Source: Macrostomum hystrix (Eukaryota > Animalia > Platyhelminthes). From it: a stretch of 64,000 bases of DNA. Under the pieces are notes generated by a model, which made no database searches, was not told the DNA's origin, and saw only the letters and a list, made by a program, of their open reading frames with translations. Position numbers and translations under genes: made by a program. The DNA lies in NCBI GenBank assembly GCA_950097015.1, contig CATNEN010000039.1, positions 14,074,001-14,138,000 on the forward strand. Direction: 5' to 3'. Shown piece after piece: positions 36,393-47,571 of the stretch (within the stretch, counting starts at the first letter, position 1; each line of letters opens with the position of its first letter).

Positions 36393-37473
36393 TGTGTCCT
36401 CCGCTCCCTTCAGTGTGTCCTCCGCTCTCTTCAGTGTGTCCTCCGCTCCCTTCAGTGTGTCCTCCGCTCTCTTCAGTGTGTCCTCCGCTCCCTTCAGTGT
36501 GTCCTCCGCTCCCTTCAGTGTGTCCTCCGCTCCCTTCAGTGTGTTCTCCGCTCCCTTCAGTGTGTCCTCCGCTCTCTTCAGTGTGTCCTCCGCTCCCTTC
36601 AGTGAGTCCTCCGCTCCCTTCAGTGTGTCCTCCGCTCCCTTCAGTGTGTCCTCCGCTCTCTTCAGTGTGTCCTCCGCTCCCTTCAGTGTGTCCTCCGCTC
36701 CCTTCAGTGAGTCCTCCGCTCCCTTCAGTGTGTCCTCCGCTCCCTTCAGTGTGTCCTCCGCTCCCTTCAGTGTGTCCTCCGCTCCCTTCAGTGAGTCCTC
36801 CGCTCCCTTCAGTGAGTCCTCCGCTCCCTTCAGTGTGTCCTCCGCTCTCTTCAGTGTGTCCTCCGCTCCTTTCAGTGTGTCCTCCGCTCTCTTCAGTGTG
36901 TCCTCCGCTCCCTTCAGTGAGTCCTCCGCTCTCTTCAGTGTGTCCTCCGCTCCCTTCAGTGTGTCCTCCGCTCCCTTCAGTGTGTCCTCCGCTCTCTTCA
37001 GTGAATCCTCCGCTCCCTTCAGTGTGTCCTCCGCTCCCTTCAGTGAGTCCTCCGCTCCCTTCAGTGTGTCCTCCGCTCCCTTCAGTGTGTCCTCCGCTCC
37101 CTTCAGTGTGTCCTCCGCTCCCTTCAGTGTGTCCTCCGCTCTCTTCAGTGTGTCCTCCGCTCCCTTCAGTGTGTCCTCCGCTCTCTTCAGTGTGTCCTCC
37201 GCTCCCTTCAGTGTTTCCTCCGCTCCCTTCAGTGTGTCCTCCGCTCTCTTCAGTGAGTCCTCCGCTCTCTTCAGTGTGTCCTCCGCTCTCTTCAGTCTGT
37301 CCTCCGCTCCCTTCAGTGAGTCCTCCGCTCCCTTCAGTGTGTCCTCCGCTCCCTTCAGTGTGTCCTCCGCTCCCTTCAGTGTGTCCTCCGCTCCCTTCAG
37401 TGTGTCCTCCGCTCCCTTCAGTGTGTCCACCGCTCCCTTCAGTGAGTTCTCCGCTCCCTTCAGTGAGTCCTCC
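36393..37473. repeat. 21-bp minisatellite (TGTGTCCTCCGCTCCCTTCAG), about 51 copies
   Basis: Direct inspection. Gives spurious repeat ORFs in several frames. Confidence 0.95.
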
Positions 37474-38249
37474 ATTTAGGCAATGGCAAAAATGGTAAGC
37501 CAGGATGTCGCACAAAAATTGGCCCAAGCGCAACACTGACAGCTCACAATGATCTCACTGATTGCTCAGCAGTGGTTGCTCAGCATTGTCAGATTCACAA
37601 TGAGTTTGGAAATCAGTCTGTAAATATTTATTATTGTTTCGCAAGGGATATTTTGATTACATTTTATTATTGAGTATGGTGAGATTTCATATCAACATCT
37701 CCATATTTTCGATTGAATCTGGAGTTTTAAACAAAATAACAACAATAACAACAATGGCTGTCATTGTTTAACTATGCAGTCGTGTTCAGCAATGGCTGCT
37801 AGCTCCATAAAAACCGTGAATTTTATGAAAAAGTTGGTGTTTATAGAATTCTGTCACCTCACTCTGAGGATGTCAAGGAGCTTGTGAAATTCAAGACTCG
37901 AACCCATAACATGGGATTTGAATTATTATTCCAGTTGGCTATAGTTTACAAATGCACATGTGTCATCTCCATTTACAGTCTCGAAGATGCTTTGACAATA
38001 CTTGGTGCAATAAACACGATAGGGAATGACACTTTTTCTTTTGTGTCATGTTTCTGTGGGATCTGGGCTCTCACTCCATGGGTCTTTGAGAATGGGAATT
38101 GAATGAGAGATGTTTGATCTAAACTAATGCATCACCACGTGTGAGGGTTGCGTGCCTGAGGAATTGATGGGACACTGAGCAGCCTGAGCAGTTTGAAGAT
38201 TTCTAAGAATGCGAAAACCTGAGATTTGTGGGACAGAGACGGAGAGAGT

Positions 38250-38940
38250 GGCAGGGTGAGAGGGAGAGTCACGGGTGAGAGGGGGAGTCACAGGTGAGAG
38301 GGAGAGTCACAGGTGAGAGGGAGAGTCACAGGTGAGAGGGAGAGTCACGGGGTGAGAGGGAGAGTCACGGGGTGAGAGGGAGAGTCACAGGGTGAGAGGG
38401 AGAGTCACAGAGTGAGAGTCACAGGGTGAGAGGGAGAGTCACGGGGTGAGAGGGAGAGTCACGGGGTGAGAGGGAGAGTTACGGGGTGAGAGGGAGAGTC
38501 ACAGGGTGAGAGGGAGAGTCACAGAGTGAGAGTCACAGGGTGAGAGTCATAGGTGAGAGTCACAGGGTGAGAGGGAGAGTCACAGGGTGAGAGGGAGAGT
38601 CACAGGGTGTGAGGGAGAGTCACAGGATGAGAGGGAGAGTCACGGGGTGACGAGGACGGTCACAGGGTGAGAGTGAGAGTCATAGGGTGAGAGGGAGAGT
38701 TACGGGGTGTGAGGGAGAGTCACGGGGTGAGAGGGAGAGTCACGGGGTGAGAGGGAGAGTCACGGGGTGAGAGAGAGAGTCACAGGGTGAGAGGGAGAGT
38801 CACAGGGTGAGAGGGAGAGTCACAGGGTGAGAGGGAGAGTCACAGGGTGAGAGGGAGAGTCACAGGGTGAGAGGGAGAGTCACAGGTGAGAGGGAGAGTC
38901 ACATGTGAGAGGGAGAGTCACAGGGTGAGAGGGAGAGATG
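38250..38940. repeat. About 20-bp G-rich minisatellite (GGGTGAGAGGGAGAGTCACA)
   Basis: About 35 copies. Confidence 0.93.
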
Positions 38941-39054
38941 AAGAATCTACAACTGCAAGCTAATTTTCTGAAGCGATTTTCAGTGTCACAGAAATTCCTC
39001 AAAATGATTTTCATTGGCTCACCCAGAGTGTGCGCAAGTTCGTGTGCCGGACAT

Positions 39055-39190
39055 ACGGAGGGGCGGAGGGTCAGGGCTGAGGTTGACTCTCCCTCCGAGG
39101 TGTGAAAATCGCTCTCCAGCCAATGAAAAGGCGTCAACGAGCCCCTAAGGCCCAACCCCCATGGGGCCACTGCGGCTATATTATTGTGAT
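39055..39190 (+). promoter_or_regulatory. Candidate core promoter of zinc-finger gene A
   Basis: GC box GGGCGG at 39061, CCAAT at 39120 and TATATT at 39177, upstream of the ATG at 39261. Confidence 0.4.
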
Positions 39191-39260
39191 CTGGGAGTCA
39201 CGAAATATCCAAATTGTGTGCTAAGCAACCAAAACTTATTTGAAGCCAAGAAGACCTGCC

Positions 39261-39401
39261 ATGTTTCCGAAATTCGGCAACAGCTCTGACTACTACCTGG
39301 CACAGTACTACCTTGGTGCTGCGGCTTCTGGCGGTCTTGAAGGTGCGCCTTTGCTCACTTCTCCATTGGACTATCGTGCTCAGTACTTTCAGCCTGCTGC
39401 A

Positions 39402-39439
<38 letters not shown>

Positions 39440-41125
39440 CAGAGTGCACCATGCAGGTGAGATTTGACTGCAATAAGTTTTTTCTGTTTTGCGACTTAAT
39501 CCGCCCTCCTTCCGCTCCCATCAGCTACTTGATCCGCCCTCCTTCCGCTCCCATCAGCTACTAGATCCGCCCTCCTTCCGCTCCCATCAGCTACTAGATC
39601 CGCCCTCCTTCCGCTCCCATCAGCTACTAGATCCGCCCTCCTTCCACTCCCATCAGCTTCTAGATCCGCCCTCCTTCCGCTCCCATCAGCTACTAGATCC
39701 GCCCTCCTTCCGCTCCCATCAGCTACTAGATCCGCCCTCCTTCCGCTCCCATCAGCTACTAGATCCGCCCTCCTTCCGCTCCCATCAGCTACTAGATCCG
39801 CCCTCCTTCCGCTCCCATCAGCTACTAGATCCGCCCTCCTTCCACTCCCATCAGCTTCTAGATCCGCCCTCCTTCCGCTCCCATCAGCTACTAGATCCGC
39901 CCTCCTTCCGCTCCCATCAGCTACTAGATCCGCCCTCCTTCCGCTCCCATCAGCTACTAGATCCGCCCTTCTCCACTATCATTAGCTTTTTGATTCGCCT
40001 CAAGTTCTGTCAACTGAAAATGACTAAGTCAGTAGTTTAGTAAATCCTAAGTCATCCTAAAAATGACTTAGGATGATTAGGATGACATTTAAAAAATGAC
40101 ATCCTAAAATTCTTATTCTTAAAAGTCTTATTCCTAATTTTCCGTATCAAAACTCACCACAAACAGTCCAGCATCAGCAGCTGCCGCAGTCTGCTGAGCA
40201 TCGACAGTCGAGTCTGTTGCGCAAGCCGACACCACTGCGACCAATGACACTGCAGCATCAGCAGCATCAGCAGCATCAGCAACATCAGCAGCATCAGCAG
40301 CATCAGCAGCATCAGCAGCATCAGCAGCATCAGCAGCATCAGCAGCATCAGCAGCATCAGCAGCAGCAGCAGCAGCAAACATCATCCTGGCAGTTTCAAC
40401 TTCCATCAACTGCAGCCAGCGGCACAGAGAACCAGCCGCCTCCACCAGGCCACCCGAGGTCAGAGCCCATCGGCTTTCGTCCAGTTCAAGGAGCTGCTGT
40501 CAAACGTCCGTCGACCTGGCTGACGGACGATGGCCGAGCTTCAAAGCTTGCGGCACTGTACGCTCCTGTGACAGACGCTCCGCTTGACCTGCGGGTCGTC
40601 CGACCAAAGAGACACTCAGCTGACACCCTTGTCGACACCGCCTCTCAGGCCACTTTCCCTGAAGAAGACGGTGTCGACGATGCCGACGATGGGAGACGGG
40701 CCTTCAGTGCCGGCGGTCAGCCAGCAATGTGCCACCAGTGCCGCCAGACCTTCCTCTGTCTGCGGGACCTCAACGGCCACTTCGAGAAGTCTCACCTCTC
40801 CTCTCTCATGTCCGAGTTCGACAACACCAAATCCTGGAAGTCGTCGGCAGTCGACAATAAGGAGCTGAACGTCGAGGCGACGATGGTGCGGCTGGAGAAC
40901 GGCGACACGATCGGGTTCAAGTGCCCGGAGTGCGACTACTTCGCCAAGTGGCCGACGGAGCTGCAGAAGCACATCATGGTGCACTCGAATGCCAGGCCGC
41001 ACGTGTGCGTTGTCTGCGGCTGCACCTACAAGTGGAAGTGGGACCTCGGCCGGCACTTCGACAAGTCGCACGAGTCTGGCGAGATGCCCAATCCGTACAA
41101 GAAGAACACGGTCAAGCCGGCTCTT

Positions 41126-41184
<59 letters not shown>

Positions 41185-42513
41185 GAGACTCAGTGACTTC
41201 TGCGGCATGAGTCACTTGATGCAACAGCCAACTGTCTATGGCCAGTTTGAACTAGCTGCTAAAGTTGAGGTGAGTTTCAAAATCACAAATGACCTTAAGC
41301 TAACTGTATTAACAATTGACAAATGGCTATGATTTGATTTTCAATTGTTAGACCTACCTTGCCAATAGTCCTACAATTCTCATCTGTTAGACACAATCCT
41401 CACCTGTTAGACACAATCCTCACCTGTTAGACACAATCCTCACCTGTTAGACACAATCCTCACCTTTTAGACACAATCCTCACCTGTTAGACACAATCCT
41501 CACCTGTTAGACACAATCCTCACCTGTTAGACACAATCCTCACCTGTTAGACACAATCCTCACCTGTTAGACACAATCCTCACCTGTTAGACACAATCCT
41601 CACCTGTTAGACACAATCCTCACCTGTTAGACACAATCCTCACCTGTCCCTATTAATGCTTTAAGCAGAGACAGCCGCAGCCGCAGCCGCAGCCAGCTCT
41701 GTCGGCTCCTGCTGAACATGATAGGCAGACAGTCTCTCAGCTTCATCGTCAAGGCCAGGTGTTCCAGACTCCCGAAGCTTCCACTCCTGTTGACGCATCA
41801 TCGGGCACATCAACAGCCAGCTGGCCATTTGCCTGCCCGATCTGCGGCGCCAAAGCTCGCTGGAAGTCCGAGCTGAAGTCACACCTTGTCAATCACAGCA
41901 ACTTTAAGCCCTACAGGTGCAGATTCTGTGACTACCGCAGCAAATGGCGTTGGGACGTTGTTAAGCACCTGAAACGGTGTCCGGCAAGTCGAGACACGCC
42001 AGCCGACAGCGCGGACAGAAGCGGAGTTGTCTATGACCAGCCTGATCCGGAGCTGTTTAGCAACGAAGCCGAGGTACTGCTCTACTCTGGTGGCAGCGGC
42101 TGCGGCAGCGACGCATCCAGAAGGTCTACTTCGGCTCTGACCGCATCCGGGTCTGGCTCTGGCGGGCAGGTGAGTTTTTCTATTTGTGATTCCTAACTGT
42201 TACAGACTATATTCCCACCTGTTACAGACTATATCCTCGCCTGTTACAGACTAGATTCTCACCTGTTACAGACTAGATTCTCACCTGTAATGCCTATCAT
42301 TCACTGGCAAGCAACTAAGCAACCATAACAATGTCCTTTGCTCAGGTACTCAGTGGATCGTCAGGCTGTTCAGCCACTTCGCAATCGTCCAGCCGTCGAC
42401 GCCGAGCAGCCGATGCGGGCAGGTCGAGGCCTTCGCCGCCAGTCCAGGCGTCGCCGACTCAGCTGCCCGCTGCCAACGCCGTCTCAGACGAAATTGAAAC
42501 AAAAGATGTCTGA
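39261..42513 (+). CDS. C2H2 zinc-finger transcription factor A (5 fingers in two clusters, PLDL CtBP-type motif, polyA/polyQH/polyQ tracts), about 655 aa
   Basis: Exons 39261-39456, 40167-41269, 41669(or 41666)-42169 and 42346-42513 have matching phases and GT-AG ends. Fingers: CHQC..H..H, CPEC..H..H, CVVC..H..H, CPIC..H..H, CRFC..H..C. Confidence 0.82.
39497..39970. repeat. 33-bp minisatellite (GATCCGCCCTCCTTCCGCTCCCATCAGCTACTA) in intron 1 of ZF gene A
   Basis: About 14 copies. Confidence 0.95.
41375..41647. repeat. 20-bp minisatellite (CACCTGTTAGACACAATCCT) in intron 2 of ZF gene A
   Basis: About 13 near-perfect copies. A related 22-bp repeat lies at 42195-42290. Confidence 0.95.
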
Positions 42514-43589
42514 GCAGATCACTGGATTATGCAGTCACTGAGCTTTACATGCGATGAGAAAATAGTGTTATGAATTCAGCATCTGATTACCTGTTCAAAT
42601 CACCTGTTCGTTTTTGCACTGTGCTGGCATTCTTTGTCTAAATATTTTCCGGCGATAATGTTACAATCTGTCTACTGTTTTGCGGTGTTCAGTAGTCCGT
42701 ATGGAGTCTTTTTCGCAGTCTTTTTGTCCATTTAGATTTATCTTCGTTCTGTTTTTCTATCGTCTACTTCTTATATTAAAAACTTTGAAATCAATTATTT
42801 TGTCGCATAGCTACAAATAGCTACATCTGTTAGACTCAAAATTTTTTATAGATCTTAAATTGTAAGCCTTTTTACTTAATAAATATAATTCTTGTAATAA
42901 CATCGTGTTTTTATCTTTGCTTTCTAAGAAAATCAATAAAAATGGTAAGCTATATGTCAGTTTAGTGTTTTCTGCATTCATTTATTGATCAAGTGATCCA
43001 GTAGATTGCAAATATTTACTGTCGCCGCTTAGCAGTGAACTTATTGCTTCGTACAGTTAAACAACTTTTATTTTACTGATTCATATCGAACTTGTGCATT
43101 GAGAAAGAAGTATTGCTTAACAAATGGGTAATATTTAGATAATATAGTTAATAATCTGAAAAGCATTCGCTCGTATTGTAATTTCGCGGTGCAAAAATAC
43201 GAAAGTTAACAAATCAGAAAGTTGAATTATGTGAATTTGTGAATCTGTGAATTATGAATTCGCCAATTGTGTTGCAACTAGACTAGTAACAACTTCGCAT
43301 TGTGCGTTAAAAAACTAATAGTGTACAACCGCATGGTCCTACTGTTAGTAAGAGAAAAATTATTCTAAAAAATGTGATCCATGATCATTATCAAGGTAAT
43401 TCGAAAAGCAAGTAAATCAAGAAAAGTCAGGAAACGTTAAAAACTTCACTCTGAAATTTCTGTTCATTTTATGTGTTTCTCAGATAAATAATTCAAATTT
43501 GTAATTTCAAAAGCTAGTAAATAAAGTGAAGACATGTTTTTAATAGAAAATTTCTCGAGCGATGTTAGAACTAAGGGACTTGGGGATTT

Positions 43590-44260
43590 TGAGATGGAAT
43601 TTTGGGATACGGGATTTTGCGATACGGGATTTTGGGATACGGGATGTTGGCAAATCAGACTTTGGGATATGGGACTTTAGGATATGGGACTTTTGGGATA
43701 TGGGATTTTGGGATATGGGATTTTGGGATATGGGATTTTGGGATATGGGATTTTGGGATATGGGATTTTGGGATATGGGATTTTGGGATATGGGATTTTG
43801 GGATATGGGATTTTGGGATATGGGATTTTGGGATATGGGATTTTGGGATATGGGATTTTGGGATATGGGATTTTGGGATATGGGATTTTGGGATATGGGA
43901 TTTTGGGATATGGGATTTTGGGATATGGGATTTTGGGATATGGGATTTTGGGATATGGGATTTTGGGATATGGGATTTTGGGATATGGGATTTTGGGATA
44001 TGGGATTTTGGGATATGGGATTTTGGGATATGGGATTTTGGGATATGGGATTTTGGGATATGGGATTTTGGGATATGGGATTTTGGGATATGGGATTTTG
44101 GGATATGGGATTTTGGGATATGGGATTTTGGGATATGGGATTTTGGGATATGGGATTTTGGGATATGGGATTTTGGGATATGGGATTTTGGGATATGGGA
44201 TTTTGGGATATGGGATTTTGGGATATGGGATTTTGGGATATGGGATTTTGGGATATGGGA
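43590..44260. repeat. 15-bp G-run repeat (GGGATTTTGGGATAT) between the convergent ZF genes
   Basis: About 38 perfect copies plus a degenerate left edge. Confidence 0.96.
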
Positions 44261-44343
44261 AATAGAACAAAGCATGAAGAAAAAATGATTCTACCACTGC
44301 ACACGAGTAAAAGAGATTAAGCTTGTACCAGGTTGATTCCGGG

Positions 44344-44484
44344 TTAAGCAAATCCCTCATTAAACTGGCCCAATGGCCGGCTCTGCAGGTGCGCCGTTCG
44401 CACGTGATTAGCTAGGTCGGCGCCGCTCTTGGCGATGTGGCCGCACTGGCCGCAAGGCAATAGCCGCAGCTTCGTGCCACCGCT

Positions 44485-44549
<65 letters not shown>

Positions 44550-47500
44550 TGCTGTTGTTGTTTGAGATCGACTCGACGGGCGTTGATGATGGTCGGCACT
44601 GGAGTTTTTGGGGCGTGGACATTGTGCTGGTTTGGCTGATCTCAGCATTGTGATAATTGGATGGCGATCGTTGGATTGGGATCGAAAGATAGGGATCATT
44701 GGAAAGGGATCATAGGATGTGGGTAATAGGATGGGGATCATAGGATGGGGATCAAAGGATGGGGATCATAGGATGGGGATCAAAGGATGGAGATCAAAGG
44801 ATGGGGATCATAGAATGGGGATCATAGGATAGGGATTATAGGATGGGGATAATATAATGGGGATCGTATAATGGTGATCATTGGATGGGGATCATAGGAT
44901 GGGGATCAAAGGATGGAGATCATATGATGTGGGTCATAGGATGGGGATTATAGGATGGGGATCATTGGATGGGGATCATATAATGGGGATCATTGGATGG
45001 GGATCATAGAATGGGGATCATTGGATGGGGATCATAGAATGGGGATCATAGGATAGGGATTATAGGATGGGGATCATATCATGGGGATCATATAATGGTG
45101 ATCATTGGATGGGGATCATAGGATGGGGATCATAGAATGGGGATCATAGAATGGGGATCATAAGATAGGGATCATAGGATGGGGATCATAGAATGGGGAT
45201 CATAGGATGCGGACCATAGGATGGGAAGAGGAATTGAGATCTTGATGGAGATCTTAAATGTATTTAACAGTCAGAAGACAGAACTAACCTCATCTAAGTC
45301 GTCGGGGTCTTCGCTGGAGCAACGCAGTAGCGGCTGCTGCTTCTGCTGTTGCTGCTGCTGCCTAATTACTGCGGTGTCGTCCGCGTACAAAATAGCCTCA
45401 GCTTCGTTGCTATAGAGCTCGGGATCCGGCGGATCGTAGAGAACAAAGGCCTGTATCTCCTTGTTACTGCCGCACGAGCCAGAGGACTCGATGTCGCCGA
45501 TGTCGCTGCAATCGCCAGCAGCGGAGCAGCCGAGAGCGGCTCGCTTGCCCGTGCACCGCTTCAGGTGTTTAACAACGTCCCACTTCCATTTGCTTCTGTA
45601 GCTGCAGAATTTGCAGCGGAATGGCTTAAAATTGCTGTGATTTATCAGGTGAGACTTCAGCTCCGACTTCCACCTGGCCTTTGCTCCGCAAATCGGGCAA
45701 GCGTATGGCAGGGACTCGGCGCTGTCCTCCTTGGCTGCAGCGCTGCCACTAGATCCTCCGACCGCAACAGCGGCCCTCCGACCCGAGGATTTGACAGAGT
45801 CCTGATGGCCAGTAGAAGGCGCTGACAGGTTGCCAGCTCTAGAAACTGTCTGTTGTGGAACTTGCGACGATGAAGGCGGTGGCGGTGGCGGCGGCGGCGG
45901 CGGCGGCGGCGGTGGTGGTGGTGGTGGTGGCGGAGGCGGAGGCGGCTGCAGGGCTGATGCGCGCATACGCATTAGAAGTTCTTCAACCCGTGGAGACTGA
46001 TGCAGCTGATGAAGCTGATGGTGATGCTGATGATGGTGGCCGAATCCTGAGCTACCGGCGAAAATCGGGTGCCTGCCATAAGCCAGCTGATGAGCGACTT
46101 GACCGAAGCTGCTGTTATAGTAGGACATCAGTTCCCGGCCTGCGGCGACGGCTGCCGCAGCGGCTGCAGCGGCGGCTGCTGCTGCCGCGGTCGAAGACGT
46201 GGACGAAGCCGCTCCATTTGCCTGAGGACGCATTGGCAGCGGTGGTGGAGTCGGACGCGGCAGTTGCGGCGGCGCCGGTGGCGGTGGCAGCGTCGGTCTT
46301 GGGATGAATGGCGGAGGAAATAGCATTCCCGTGTGACGACGAATCGACTCGAATGCGAATTGCTGCTGCTGTTGCTGCTGCTGCTGTTGCTGCTTCTGCT
46401 GTTGTTGCTGTGATTGCGATTGCTGCATCGTTGGAGACGGCTGCTGCTGCTGCTGCACAGTGCCGCAAGCCCCAGCCGGCTTGACTGTGTTCTTCTTGTA
46501 CGGATTGGGCATCTCGCCAGACTCGTGCGACTTGTCGAAGTGCCGGCCGAGGTCCCACTTCCACTTGTAGGTGCAGCCGCAGACAACGCACACGTGCGGC
46601 CTGGCATTCGAGTGCACCATGATGTGCTTCTGCAGCTCCGTCGGCCACTTGGCGAAGTAGTCGCACTCCGGGCACTTGAACCCGATCGTGTCGCCGTTCT
46701 CCAGCCGCACCATCGTCGCCTCGACGTTCAGCTCCTTGTTGTCGACTGCCGACGACTTCCAGGACTTGGTGTTGTCGAACTCGGACATGAGAGAGGAGAG
46801 GTGAGACTTCTCGAAGTGGCCGTTGAGGTCCCGCAGACAGAGGAAGGTTTGGCGGCACTGGTGGCACGACGTCACGGGCTGCCGGCCGCCGCCGCCGCTG
46901 CCGCCGCCAGCGCCACCGTTCTTACATCCGCTGCCGTCGCGACCATCGTCAGAGTCGACGTCCTCAACGTCCGTGGCCTCGGCACCCGCGACGGCGGTGG
47001 CGGAGGGACTCTGGAAGATCTCAGACGCCCTCGACGTTCCCTGGCGGCTGCGCACAATGGCTGACAGCATCGTCGGACTCACCAGGCCGCTCTCATCGCT
47101 ACCGCCACCGCCAGAGAATTGACCTGCGCGTTCCTCAGCTTCCTGTTCGTCTTCGTCATCGTCATCGTGAACCTCGGCGTCGAAATCGACCTCGGCTGTT
47201 GACAGATCCAGCGGAGTCACCTCTGCCGAGGTATCCCGATGCCCGACACTCAAATCCAGCGGCGTCTCCGGCTGCGGGGACGACGGGGTTGTAACCACCG
47301 GCTGCGACCGGTGATGCGATGGCACGGCTGTCGAAGTCGGTGGGGGCGTGAAGCCCCAGAAGGGCATCATGAGCGGCAGGAACTGCTGCGCCAACTCCGT
47401 CCTGGCCCGCTTCAGCTGCGCTTCGCCGAGCGTCTCGGCAGGACTCCGCTGCGGCCGCGACGGCTTCCTGCGGGAGCTGCTGGAATGAGCCGATGCGTTG

Positions 47501-47571
47501 CCATAGCAACCGATGTCAAGGCCAGGGCAGCCGGGACCAGACTCGAGTCGTGGCTCAGGGGATTCTGACAT
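44344..47571 (-). CDS. C2H2 zinc-finger transcription factor B, paralog of A (6 fingers, two PLDLS motifs, polyP/Q/A/G tracts), about 859 aa
   Basis: Large exon 47571-45289 (donor GAG|GTTAGT) plus terminal exon 44640-44344 encoding CGQCGHIAKSGADLANHVRTAH. The acceptor is an inferred GAG. An upstream acceptor CCCACAG at 47606 implies additional 5' exon(s). Confidence 0.8.
44690..45225. repeat. 14-bp G-rich minisatellite (GGATGGGGATCATA) in the intron of ZF gene B
   Basis: About 38 copies. Confidence 0.93.

Noticed and set aside
36345-37536. Coiled-coil-like (LKGAEDT)n or mucin-like (GSGGHTE)n protein
   Set aside because: A 21-bp array open in at least four frames, with no signal peptide or unique flanking coding sequence. 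It cannot be fully excluded without RNA data.
40616-47568. Antisense and alternative-frame ORFs overlapping the ZF genes
   Set aside because: Shadow ORFs of GC-rich coding sequence and triplet repeats.
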